A stretch of 64,000 nt of DNA from Octopus sinensis (GCF_006345805.1 NC_042999.1:49972001-50036000); one strand, 5' to 3'. Shown: positions 12,270 to 25,418, numbered from the stretch's first letter. Notes: generated from the sequence alone by a model not told the origin. A program made the numbers and translations.

Positions 12270-13510
12270 ATCCCAATCATTTTCATCATCACTACCATCA
12301 ATATTTTTTAATGTTTTCCCATGTTTCTATGCACTGGGAAGGTCCTCTACATTCTGGCACCTCACAAGTTGGAAAATCTCTTAAGGTTCTGTCTCATAAG
12401 AGCAGTCTTTACTATTTCATACCATGTCTTCCAAAGTTTGCTTCTTCCATTGATTCCATTCAGTTGGAGTGTCCAGCATTCTTTATACAGCTGACAACCA
12501 CCTTACATACCATATACACATGTCAGCGTTGTTGTTTTTCTTAGTTTTTCACACTTTGTTCAATTCCTCTTGTATTCAATTTTGTTCTCAGCTCATTTAG
12601 ATACAATCAATCATGTACATTAATTTCAGTTTCAAATTTTGGCACAAAATCGACTCCACATTGACCCCCCCCCCCCGCCACCAGTGCTCAACTGGTACCT
12701 ATTACATCAACCCCTCTAAAAATGAGAGGCAAAGTCAACCTCTGCAGAATTTGAACTCAGAACATAAAGCTGAATGAAAAGCTGCAATGCATTTTCCTAA
12801 TATGCAAACAATTCTGTCAGCTTGCCACCCTAATCCTTTACATTGATATTGATCATCCAAAAGAACATGTCAGTTTATTTCTTTCCAGCCTTTTTAAGAC
12901 CTCTGTATCCAAAGCCCATATCATGCACTACTTTATACACAAATATCATACTATTGTCCTTCTACCCTGAAAGAGAAAGCCCTTTGACACTAGGAGAGGT
13001 AATAGCTTCTTGATCCTTTTCTACCTCATTCTCATTATGGCATCTGTATTTTTCAGAATACCCCCCACCACTGCTAATTATGTTTCCTAGGTAGCAAACA
13101 CTATCAACCGCTTCTAGAGAGCCTCCTAAAGATTTGGAAGAATTCATGAATGCTGTGCATCTGTCATATATGAAGTCAATTTACTCTGTCACCAGGTAAT
13201 TTCACTGCATCATTTGTGCATCCATAATTTACTATTCAATGTATGGAATTCCTATTTTTTCCTTCCCTGCATAACAAGCAAAGTTACTTTACTGACAACA
13301 AAAGCATCCTGTCATTTTTTTCAGCTCCCTAAAAATTTAGTCTTTGCAATGTTTGCTTTGAGAACTCTCAGTCATAAATTTTGATTCCAAGGTTGGAATT
13401 TCTTCCTAACTCCTTGATTAATTCAGCTATTATAAAACTCATGCCATCAGCATACAGCAGGGTTTTTTTTGCTATGGACATGTTGTCTTAAAACGTTCTG
13501 ATGTTACCAG
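12270..13510 (-). mobile_element. Degraded RTE LINE (RT domain to 3' end), interrupted by a SINE C at about 12620-12830
   Basis: LLYADG..KELG..LRVLKANIAKTK and GGSLEAVDSVCYLGNIISSGGG..KGLSL; degraded C-terminus at about 12400-12540. Confidence 0.8.
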
Positions 13511-13961
13511 GAAGAATACAATAAACAAAAGGGGAACTGAATCCTGATGAACACCAGCTTATACATCACATCCTCATAAATATACATTATATCCTTCACT
13601 AATCCCTGTTAATTTTCCCTTGATTAATTATATCCCTGACTTACACAACTCTAACAACCAATCATTATCATAGATGTCACTGTCATCATCGTCATTTCCC
13701 CCACCATTTGATCCAAAAATCTGTGTCATTTCACCTAATTTTCATTTTACAGTATGTTCTTTTGTTTGAAAGGGAATGTACATTATACTTTAAAAACTTG
13801 ACCAATGGTCATCATGTATCTTTCATACATGTCACACACTGCAACTTTCATTTCATGCACACACATATATAATGCAGGGACATATATTCCAGGTGTGCTA
13901 GGTGTATGTTGCACACCCATCGAAACTGGCAAATACATTATAATCTTAACTTTACTCATTA

Positions 13962-14272
13962 ATTCTGTTGTGTCTGGGGAGAGTCATTTTCTTTTTGTGC
14001 CTTATAATGTAACACACTCACCGGTAAAATCTCCACTTATTTCTTATTTTTATTTTCCTAAAATTTTCATTGCGTCTTGCAACCTTTTCAATAGTCAAGA
14101 CTATTGAAAATTTTAGGAAAATAAAAATAAGAAGTAAGTGGATATTTTACCGGTGAGTGTGTTACATTATAAGGCACAAAAAGAAAATGGCTCTCCCCAG
14201 ACTCAACAGAATATGTTTCAACACATGAACTCATATAAGGAATCTTGCAAACCAAATCCAAAAACGAAATTT
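13962..14272. repeat. Foldback of two inverted copies of a Penelope-like terminal repeat
   Basis: 13962-14096 pairs with 14099-14212 around a 2-nt centre (ATAGTC aa GACTAT). Confidence 0.8.
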
Positions 14273-15036
14273 ACTCATTTATTTAATCCCAAATCTTAAT
14301 GAAAAACTTTTGCAATACCCCTATTTAAAATTTGGTGGTATTAGATGTGGCAGCAGACCCAATGCAAGAACCACCATATGCTACTGATACAATGTATAGT
14401 TGTATCATAAGCAACATGACTGTTACACTGGGTTTTTGGTAGGTAATGGTGTTATGTAGGCTGTAAACAGTGACTAACAGATACAATGCTATATTACAAG
14501 CAAATACATGAATGTAAACAAACAAATATATAACTGACAACAGTATATATGTCATTGATGGATCGAGTTAATACATTGGTTATCAATACTCACATACACA
14601 TGCACACACATTACATATATACTCATGCATATACATGCAGAAACATGCACACATGCATACATTCTACAATGATACCATTTCTAAAGATATTTATTAATTA
14701 TTATACTTACATTTTCCACATAAGGCTGACATACTGTCAAATTAATAGTATGTTCCGATGACCTAAAGGACACAAAATGAATGGAGTAGTGATATGCATA
14801 CATATTCATATAGCTAGTAATTGAATAGACAAAGATAACTGTGTTAACATATCATGCATTGAGCACTTACTTTACAGTTGTATATATGAACACACAAATA
14901 TATATATATAAAGAATGATATGCTATATGTATGTATGTTATTAGAATTATCAGTTTAATAAATAAATAAGTTAACATTTTTAATGTCCAAAAGTTGATAA
15001 CCACCTATTGTTCTCCTCCATTTTCTTATTTGCAAT

Positions 15037-15077
<41 letters not shown>

Positions 15078-15131
15078 CATTCATACAAATATATGTATTT
15101 ATATATGCATATATATGTTGATATTGTAAAT

Positions 15132-15163
<32 letters not shown>

Positions 15164-15799
15164 GCATCTGTGATTATTGTGTGTTTACACAAATATGGGT
15201 TGAGTTATGATAGCTATTACTCATATCAATTTACTCTCTTTTGTTTTATTTTGTAATAATATTAGATAGAAAACAAAATACATAAGATTACTAAATATCA
15301 TATCTTATTAATATATTACTAGCTGTTCTCATGCAAATTCCACAATTATTTTGAAAATTGGTAAAATGGAATTGTATACTTTTCTGAAGCATTTGATTTA
15401 TGAGATGGTGTAAAGGTCCACAAAATTTAGTACTGAATGTATAATCTCAAAAAACGTCTCTGAAAATTATATTCTTACATCTTCCACTTTGTGTGTCGTT
15501 ATTTATTATTTTTCATTTTACATCAAGAAGTAAACAACTTAAAATATGGAACAAAATGAAGACATCATCTACAATAATATTCTGCTACAGTACATTGGTA
15601 AAGTTTTAACAGATCTTTATCCAACTATGTGAAAAAAGACTACAAAACATTCATACTTTAAACTTTCTCCATCTTTCACTTCTTAGTTTAAGTTATCTAT
15701 CATTGCTCATATTTCATTAAAAAAATATGTTTTAATTGAGCAAGTAATAATTAATTGCACTAAAGTTGATGCATTAAGTGATGGGTAATAAATATATAT

Positions 15800-16243
15800 A
15801 GGCGCAGGAGTATATATATATATATATATATATACATAGATGGAGGGGTGGCTGTGTGGTAAGTAGCTTGCTTACCAACCACATGGTTCCAGGTTCAGTC
15901 CCACTGCATGGCACCTTGGGCTAGTGTCTTCTACTATAGACTCGTGCCGACCAAAGCCTTGTGAATGGATTTAGTTGACGGAAACTGAAAGAAGCCCGTC
16001 ATATATATGTATATATATATATATATGTGTGTGTGTATATGTTTGTGCGTCTGTGTTTGTACCCCCAACATTGCTTGACAACCAATGGTGATATGTTTAC
16101 GTCCCCTTAACTTAGCAGTTCAGCAAAAGAGCTCAATAGAATAAGTACTCAGCTTCCAAAGAATAAGTCCTGGGATCGATTTGCTTGACTAAAGGCTGTG
16201 CTCCGGCATGGTCACAGTCAAATGACTGAAACAAGTAAAAGGG
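15800..16243 (+). mobile_element. SINE family A
   Basis: Full copy; a TA run splits the head. Confidence 0.85.
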
Positions 16244-16489
16244 TATATATATATGTATAAAAGATGTGTTTAAAAAATTACACTTTTCACTCTCCAGCCA
16301 CCCATACCACCACTATTGACCAATCCTAACACCACAACTATGACCACCAATAACAACAACAACAACCAGTATATTCACCAGTAGTAAATCTCAGTCTTAG
16401 ATATTTGTCAATCAAGCAAGTTCTGTTTCTATCTATCTCTATTCCTCTTCCTTAAACTAACTATATAATTACATAACATAATTGCATTT

Positions 16490-16827
16490 GAGCAGGATTG
16501 TTACCAGCATCGCCTTGCTGGCACGTGAAAAGACATTTGAGCGAGTCATTGCTAGTGCTGCTGGACTGGCTCCTGTGTAGGTGGCACGTAGAAAACACCA
16601 TTTGAGCATGTCCATTGCCAGTACCACCTGACTGGTTCTCGTGCTGGTGGCATGTAAAAGCACCCACTACACTCTCGGAATGGTTGGCATTAGGAAAGGC
16701 ATCCAGCAGTAGAAACTCTGCCAGATCAGATTGGAGCCTGGTGCAGCCATCTGGTTCGCCAGTCCTCTGTCCAATCGTCCAACCCATGCTAGCATGGAAA
16801 GCAGACGTTAAACTATGATGATGATGA
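16490..16827 (+). mobile_element. RTE 3' UTR copy (family B)
   Basis: Tandem units, conserved tail, (GAT)n. Confidence 0.85.
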
Positions 16828-17306
16828 ATTGCAATCCCTTTCTTCTAACTGTCACCACTCACACTGTTCACTCTCTCTCTCTTTCTCTTTGCCTCTCCCT
16901 TCAACTAGCCATGTGACAGCATTACACATTTGGCCTGAGCCCATTAATATAAGGATATTTTAATAAAATTAAACAAAAGCTTTTATAATTATTATGTAAG
17001 TGTGTGTGTTATATGATTTTATTATGACCGTACTAATGTATAGTTTCAGTTTCAACTCATGATCCCAGCTCAAATTCTTTGCTTTAGCAAATACAACTCC
17101 ACTGCATGGTACCTTGGGCATTTGACCTCTTCTGTAGCCCATGGCCAAGTCATGTCATGTTAGGGAAATTTTTGACAGAGATTGTAATAAAAAAAAAAAC
17201 TGTAAGAAAGCCTACCATTTCTATGTGTGTGTGTGTGCGTGAGCATGTGAGTGCATAAATGTCAATTCAATATGTTATAATTAGTAACCATCTAATGAAA
17301 GACAGT

Positions 17307-17620
17307 GTGGAGGCACAATGGCCCAGTGGTTAGGGCAGCGGATTCGCGGTCGGAGGATCGTAGTTTCAATTCCCAGACCGTCGCTGTGTGTGTTTATTGA
17401 GTGAAAACACCTAAAGCTCCATGAGACTCCAGCAGGGGGTGGTGGCGACCTCTGTTGTATTCTTTCGCCCCCAACTTTCTCTCACTCTCTCTTCCTGTTT
17501 CTTGAGTAACGCTGCGATGGACTGGCGTCCCATCCAGCTAGGGGGAACACATATGCCACAGAAACCGGGAAACCGGGCCCATGAGCCTGGCTAGGCTTGA
17601 AAAGGGTGCAAAAAAAAAAA
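17307..17620 (+). mobile_element. SINE family D (tRNA-derived head)
   Basis: GGAGGCACAATGGCCCAGTGGTTAGGGCAGCGG...GTTTCAATTCCC A/B-box-like head; A-rich tail. Confidence 0.85.
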
Positions 17621-18100
17621 TGTAAGACAGTATCATTGTTCACTTTCTCCGGTGAGGAAATACTCTAGATTTCAGCAAGCATGTGGAAACTGATGCAGTT
17701 AAGAAATATCTCCCTTGAAAAAGAAGTACAGGTTGGTTACAGGAAGAGCATCTAGCTATGATAAATCTGGCATCAAACGTTTAACGTATCTCATACAAGA
17801 AAGGAAAACTAGAAATAATCCTTTCTACAATATACAAAATCCCTCTAACTGGTTCACTCACAAGGCATTGGTCAGCTTGAGGCTATAGTAGAAGCCAACT
17901 GCCTATGGTACCATACAGTGGGACTGAATCTGAAATCACATGGTAGCAAAGTGAGCTTTATAACCACACAGTAATGCCTGTTGTACCTGTAACATCAAGT
18001 CATTTGTGGCAGACAGTCAGACAAACAGAATACATGCTTGTGTGCATGAACGTCTCTGGAAAAGCAAACATCATTAAACATAAAATGAGGATGGTAATTA

Positions 18101-18283
<183 letters not shown>

Positions 18284-19246
18284 TCAATAAGAAATTTTTC
18301 CTTGGCGATAGAAGTTTTAAGGAGATCTTTTGTGTTACAGAAAATCATTTTAATTTCAGGAAGTTTGAATTGAAGAAAATTCTGAGTGATTAATGGGGTG
18401 GACTTTTGAATTCCAAGTCTGCCATTAAAACTGCATTCAGAACCAAGACAAACCACTTTGCTTGTCTCATTCAACTTAGTTCAAAATTAAATAACACTTC
18501 TACTTCAGACTTAAGTGGTGAGTATTTGAAAAGACATTCTGAATTACTTTAGTCATTTAAGAAGTTCACAACAGAATTGTCCAACAGATTTTTGTATGGA
18601 ATTATTTTCCTTTATGATTGCCAAAATTAAAACATGAAAAACCTTTAAATATTTTAGTCGGTGTCAAAGCAACTTTAAAATGTTTAATATGTTTGGTTTT
18701 TGACAATGAAAGGTCACATTGTTTAAACAATAATTTACTCGTCTGAAGTGGCTGAGTAGAGGAGCAATATGTTAAAGACATAAATCTCTCTTTGCTTCAA
18801 TAAAATCTTAAAAGATTGCTGTTTAAAAACAACCTTAAAAATTAAGCTGTCACAAATTCCTTTACTACTATTTTCTAATTTCAGCACAAAGCTGCATATT
18901 TTGGAGGAGAATATAGTTGGCTAAATTGATCCCAATAGCAGACTCATACTTTATTTTATTGACCACAAAAGAATGAAAGGCTAAGTTGGCTTTGGCAGGA
19001 TTTGAACTCAGAATTTTCTTCAATACTACTATTGACCTAAAGTGTTGAGCAGGTAGAACCACTAGCATGCTGTGCAGATGCTTTGTGAAATGTCATCCAT
19101 TCTGTGTTCTGCATTCAAGTTCCACCAAGACTGACTTTGCCTTTCATCCTTTCAAGGTTGATGAAATTAGGACCAGTTGAGCACTCAGGTCAATGTAATT
19201 GACTTACCTCACCTAAAACTGCTGGCCTTGTGTCAGAATCTAAAAC

Positions 19247-19492
19247 CGTGGCACATAAAAAGCACCAACCAATTGTGGCCATTGCCAGCCTCCGCTGGCA
19301 CCTGTGCCAGTGGCACGTAAAAAGCACCCACTACACTCATGGAGTGGTTGACGTTAGGAAGGGCATCTAGCTGTAGAAACACTGCCAGATCAGACTGGAG
19401 CCTGGTGCAGCCTCCTGGCTTCCCAGACCCCGGTCGAACCATCCAGCCCATGCTAGCATGGAAAACGGACGTTAAACGATGATGATGATGAT
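19247..19492 (+). mobile_element. RTE 3' UTR copy (family B)
   Basis: Conserved tail ending ACGTTAAACGATGATGATG. Confidence 0.85.
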
Positions 19493-20546
19493 TTAAAATA
19501 GTTATATTTCTACTCTAAAAATCACATTCCCTCTCAAAGCTAGATCATCATCATCATTTAGCATTCATTTTCCATGCTGGCATGATTTGGGCAGTTTCAC
19601 AGAAGACAGCAAACCAGAGGATAGCACCAGACTTTACTGTATGTTTTTGCATGGATTTTATGGCTGGCTGCCCCTCCTAACACGAACCGTCTTACAGAGT
19701 GCACTGGCACATTCTGCATGGCAGGGTTTTACAGAAATTTTTAAAAACAGATTTTAGGAACTCTAGTTGTAATGCTTCGATTTTTTCAAAAATTTGTAAC
19801 AATTTCTGCTCATATGAAATCACAGAAAAGTATACTATACTGTAAGGAAATCATTGAAATTCTATCTTCGAATTTATTCTTTCTTTCCTCTCTTACCCTT
19901 TCTGTCTATCCATTACAAAGAAACAGATTTAGAAGTTAAGGCATAATCCAATAAAATATGGCATTACTTACTCTCACTATGTCTGAGTTGGTTAATCTAT
20001 TATATCAGGTGGCAGATATTGTAAATATCTCACCATCAAATCAGACATGACCTAAGTATAGCTTGAATACTACAGTAAGGTTTTGAAAAAGAAATACAAG
20101 AAACTTAAGATGGTCGCTCTTCAGCAAAGATAAGTCTGGAAGCTATTGTTTGATTTGTAAATATTTGGAAAATGTGTCTATTTCTGAAACTTAGCATCTG
20201 AACCAAACACATGCAACATAAATCAATTTAGAATCCTAATAGCTTTAGTGGAAAAGTAAGTTAAGAACTAGATTCATAGTTTCTGATAATGAGATCACCT
20301 GTATGCACGATTTCTTTAGAATCTACACTGCTTACTCTAGGTTGCTGAAAAATTGCTGCCTGCTCTATTTTGTGACAGTATGTTAAAGAAAGAAAGAGAG
20401 AGAGAGAGAGAGACTCTAACTGAAAAATCTTAAGAATTTACATAAATATTTTAATTTGTGGATTTGACAAAACTTTATTAATACAAAAAGATAAAATGGC
20501 TGAATAATAGAAAACAAATCAACATCATCATCATTGTTATTTAACC

Positions 20547-20643
20547 TATAGTAGAAGACACTTGCCCAAGGTGCCACACAGTGGGAATGAACCCGGAACC
20601 ATGTGGTTGGTAAGCAAGCTACTTACCACACAGCCACTCCTGT
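20547..20643 (-). mobile_element. SINE family A, head fragment
   Basis: Reverse complement of the head. Confidence 0.85.
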
Positions 20644-21033
20644 GTATAAAACTACAGGATAACTAACATACAGTATTTCAGAAACTATGCTTACATAATT
20701 GTCGCAAGTAGGAAGCTATACAATAAAAAGATAACAAATGAGGCATCACATCAAGATCTTTTCATAAATATTTTATCAGTAATCATCAATGATACTTTTG
20801 TTTTATTTACATTCAATATTCATGGGATGGACAGACAGACAAACAAAAGTCAAAGTTTTAGAAACCAAACCATTATCATAGATAAAGAAATTCTTACTAT
20901 AAAGAAGTTTACAGTAGCAAATAACTGAATTAACAGAACCTTGCTGTGAATATCTTCATTACCAATGACCTTTTTATTTCAATAAATTTTCTCACAGACT
21001 CATAGTTTTTGAAATATATGTCTGTTCAATAAA

Positions 21034-21510
21034 TCATCATCATCATCATCATCGTTTAACGTCCGTTGTCCATGCTAGCATGGGTTGGACGGTTCGACCG
21101 GGGATCTGGGAAGCCAGAAGGCTGCACCAGGCTCCAGTCTTATCTGGCAGTGTTTCTACAGCTGGATGCCCTTCCTAACGCCAACCACTCCATGAGTGTA
21201 GTGGGTGCTTTTTACGTGCCACCTGCACAGGTGCCAGGCGAGGCTGGCAACGGCCACGGTCGGATTGGTGTATTTTATGTGCCACCGGCACGGAAGCCAG
21301 ACAAGGCGGAGCTGGCATCGGCCACGAGTCGGATAGTGCTTTTTACGCAACGAGTCGGATAGTGCTTTTTACGTACCACCAGACCAGGGATCCTGGCTGG
21401 CTCAATTCGATTTCGATTTCGATTTCGCTTGCCCCAACATGTCTTCGCAAGCAAGGGGGTTGGCATGGGTGCCTGTCGTACGGTCAGATTGGTGTATTTT
21501 ACGTACCACC
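21034..21510 (-). mobile_element. RTE 3' UTR copy (family B)
   Basis: CATCATCATCGTTTAACGTCC start; internal tandem units; (ATTTCG)n. Confidence 0.85.
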
Positions 21511-21944
21511 AACAAGCTTATTTCCCCAGTTTTACCTCTCAGTTGAATAACAAATGTTACTAAATGAATATGTGGGACAGGGTAATTGTAAATTTTACTT
21601 TAGAGTTTTAGAATTTTCAAGATAGTTCTCAGACCCGTAGTACTAGTTTCATGGATCTTCAAATTGAAGAACAGCTTTAGCAGAGTGAAGAACAAAATAC
21701 CTTGCAATATCTATGTATATTGGTTTCAAATTTATAGTTCAAGGTCAGCAAGTTTGGTGGAGGGGGTAAGTTAATTACATAAACCCCAGTGATTAATTGG
21801 TACTTATTTTATTGACCCCAAAAGGATAAAAGACAAAGTTGACCTTAACAGCATTTGAACACTGGACATAAATACAGATAAAATGCCACTAAGCCTGGCA
21901 TGCTAACAATTCTACCAGCTCACTGTCTTTTTTGTTGTGACCCC

Positions 21945-22432
21945 CTTCGGTCATGAATGACCATGGGATTGCACCTAGAATGTTACCCTCCAAGGCACAA
22001 GTCTGGGCAAGGTTGTTTATGAAAGACCAGCAGTCGCCCATGCATACCAGCCACCAATGTTATCCAAGGGAAAGGTAAAGGCCGATACAGCTTGGCACTA
22101 GTGACATCGCAGCTCATTTATTAACATGCAAGTGGCTGAGCACTCCACAGAAACATGTACCCTTAACGTAGTTCTCAGGGAGATTCAGCATGACACAGAG
22201 TGTGACAAGGCTGGCCCTTTGAAATACAGGTACAACAGAAACAGGAAGAAAGAGTGAAAGAAAGTTGTGGTGAAAGAGTACAGCAGGGTTCACCCCCCCT
22301 TCCTTGCTGGAGCCTCGTGGAACTTTAGGTGTTTTTGCTCAATAAACACTAACAATGTCCGGTCTGGGAATAGAAACTGCAATCCTATGACTGCAAGTCC
22401 GCTGCCCTAACCACTGGGCCGTTGCGCCTCCA
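21945..22432 (-). mobile_element. Composite tRNA-derived SINE (family D head with family E-type tail)
   Basis: Head GTGGAGGCGCAACGGCCCAGTGGTTAGGGCAGC; tail shared with the 25430-25690 copy. Confidence 0.7.
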
Positions 22433-22851
22433 CAGCTCACCATCTCAATATCTATGTATATTATACAGCAATATGGCTTCTCTCCTCTATGAATACATTT
22501 GTGAACTGTGAGTTACCTTTTAGAGAGAGGGACTTTGTGTATATTTATGTTCTGAATTTCAATGATGCCAAGTATTGACTTTGTATGCTATCCATCTGGA
22601 GTTGATGACTTAATAACTAATGATGAATGCAATTCATTGAATCAACCGTTCCATCCCAATAAATTTCTGGTCTTGTGCCCATGTTACAAATCATTATTAT
22701 TAACAGAGAGTATAAACTGTATTTACCATAGAAGATAACAGAGACAGGCATGGATGGGTAGTTAAGAAGTTTGGTCTTCAATTGTGTAAGTTTGGATTCT
22801 GTCAAACAGTGTGGCAACTTATGCAGATGTTTTCAACTTTAGCCATGAACA

Positions 22852-23085
22852 TACTCTTTACTCTTTTACTCTTTTACTTGTTTCAGTCATTTGACTGCGG
22901 CCATGCTGGAGCACCGCCTTTAATCGAGCAAATCGACCCCGGGACTTATTCTTTTGTAAGCCCAGTACTTATTCTATCGGTCTCTTTTGCTGAACCACTA
23001 AGTAACGGGGTCATAAACACACCAGCATTGGTTGTCAAGCAATGCTAGGGGGACAAACACAGACACACAAACACACACATGCATA
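22852..23085 (-). mobile_element. SINE family A, 3' half
   Basis: Reverse complement of tail through microsatellite. Confidence 0.85.
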
Positions 23086-23425
23086 TATACTATCTACCAA
23101 AATAATTTTATAGTCTTGTGTAGGTACTGCTGTCAAGATATGATTTCATGTAAGACTGGAAATGAGGGACACTGTTCATGTGACATTGAGACTCATTTAC
23201 AATTAACATTCAACGTCACGACAAGGAAACAGTAACAAGCCTGATCCTGCCCTCTCTTTCTGCCAACTGTATCATTGCTATCCTGTCATGTCCACCTATA
23301 TACCTGGGTTTCATCAGTCGTTACGTGCCTCCTCCCCCTCCCCATCTTTTGCTTTCTCATGAAATCCCTACTCACACATCCTAGGCAATCCTCCCTCTCT
23401 CTCTCCCTCTCTGTATGTATATATA

Positions 23426-23600
23426 CACTAGTGTAACTAGCTAATGAAAGATTGGAGGGGGTGGTCTATCTTGGGTGGCACTTTTATGAGGGTGGCACCA
23501 CTTTTGGATCTGCTGTAGGCAATGTGTATTTTTTGTGGTGGACCTGGGGCGGCAAACTGAAGGGCCACCCCAGGTGGCACACACCCTAGCTACACTAGTG
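23426..23600. mobile_element. MITE with about 15-bp terminal inverted repeats
   Basis: CACTAGTGTAACTAG ... CTAGCTACACTAGTG (1 mismatch). Confidence 0.65.
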
Positions 23601-24645
23601 TGTATGTGCGTGTGTGTGTGTGTTCATGCCTTCTTGTCTATATATCACATGCTATAATGAAATGTCGCCATTATACAAGTGCTTCAGTTTATTTGCAATT
23701 GTTTTTAAAACATGTTCAGCCTTTTTTTTTGTTGTTGTTGTTGTTTGTTTTCGTAGAACTATGAGAAACATAACCTTGCTTAGCAATAGGTTAGGAGTGG
23801 GTACAGGGAGTGCATCCAGCAGTAGAAACCTGGCCCAACAAATTTCTTATGACTCACGCAAGTATGGGAGATGATGCAACATTAAAACAACAACAAAAAC
23901 AATTATGATGATGATGATGACGGTAATGGTAGTGGTGGTGGCAGTGACGCTAATGAAACCAACACTCCCAGTGCCAACCCTGACTATGACTTCGGTAAAT
24001 TTCCTGCAAGCTGTTATATTTGTCATGTTAGAAAATTTACAATCATACCTTGCATTTCAGTCTTCATAGTTACTCAATCCATTTATTTTTCACTTAGCGA
24101 AAGAGCTAAGTTCTATTAAATGTATAATGTTTGCATTTTCCATAAAGAATTTCTGTCAGGAGACCTACTCTAGCCTTCCAAATATTTTCATGCTAAACGT
24201 TACTTTATTGGTGAAAATTGTCTTGGTAGGAAAAAAAAAAAATACTCAGATTTTGAAGTAATCTTTCAGCAACTAACAGCTTGTTTTAATATACAGTCTG
24301 TTGATAAAGAATGTATGCTTTAATAATTTAGTTCATTTACTTAATGTTTTTCCACGTTAGCATAGGGTTGGACAGAGATTAATTCTAAGACATAATTTTA
24401 AGACCAGATGTTCTCTCTGTCACCAACCTTTATCTGTTTTTCAAGTAAAAGATACCTTTATTCCACTTGTCTTCAAACCTGAAGAGTGGCCAGACATAAT
24501 GTCAACACGGTACGTTAACATCAATACTGCCTCGCTCAAGTGGTGACACACATGAAATATATAAACAATCCTACTTTTACATCCATACATGCACACATAC
24601 ACAAACATATCTACTTGAAACTCTGTGTATGTGTGAGTGTATGTA

Positions 24646-24680
<35 letters not shown>

Positions 24681-25378
24681 CTAGAGTGAGCCATATAGTG
24701 ACCACTCTCTTATATTTATTTTGTAAAAATATTATAATATATTATAAAATATTATAATAATCCAGGTTTCTCGGAGCACTAGGCCACTTGGTGTTGAATA
24801 GATATACTATTAAATTAGTATCTAATTCTCTCACCCTTATTAATTAATTATAATTATGCTACATTTATTTCTAAATGCAGTATTTGTTTTCCGTGAAAGT
24901 TTGGCGCGCTGTTAGTTTGGGCATTTGAATTATAACGTCGGATGTAATCAATTGAACCACACGTGTATTTATCGTTATGGTAAAATCTGGCGTGTGATTG
25001 AGTGGATTTCATCCAGATAGTTTTGGCTGACGAGCTACAAGTGGATTTTTTGTAAGTAAAATTACATTTAATTCATTAATAGCGAAACAATTGTCCCAAA
25101 ATAATCTGTATTTTTGTTATTTTTTATTTGCCCTGTCCGTGTGAGCTAACAATCGTACTGACTTTCATGGGAAACATGTATTTTTTGTGGTTGAAACCTT
25201 TTGGATTAACTAGTGCTAGAGTGAGCCATATAGTGACCACTCTCTTATATTTATTTTGTAAAAATATTGTAATATATTATAAAATATTATAATAATCCAG
25301 GTTTCTCGGAGCACTAGGCCACTTGGTGTTGAATAGATATACTATTAAATTAGTATCTAATTCTCTCACCCTTATTAA

Positions 25379-25387
<9 letters not shown>
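24681..25387 (+). mobile_element. Retrozyme/Penelope-like element: 535-bp monomer with 172-bp terminal direct repeat, inside (TA)n
   Basis: 24681-24852 equals 25216-25387 with one mismatch; HHR in the unique part; TA microsatellite on both sides. Confidence 0.8.
25014..25108 (+). ncRNA. Canonical type I hammerhead ribozyme (GUC cleavage after 25095)
   Basis: UUUUGG-CUGACGA-GCUA[42 nt]UAGC-GAAAC-AAUU-GUC-CCAAAA; all core nucleotides present; stem I extends via CAGAU/AUCUG. Confidence 0.85.

Positions 25388-25418
<31 letters not shown>

Noticed and set aside
17990-18050. Acceptor-like site just downstream of the PDZ exon, with a peptide (SMYSVCLTVCHK) faintly like the expected next exon
   Set aside because: The best acceptor gives an in-frame stop; the alternative needs a poor acceptor and also stops.
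24990-25022. Minus-strand CUGGAUGA suggesting a second, opposite-polarity ribozyme in the 535-bp monomer
   Set aside because: No compatible stem II, GAAA and stem III arrangement could be folded.
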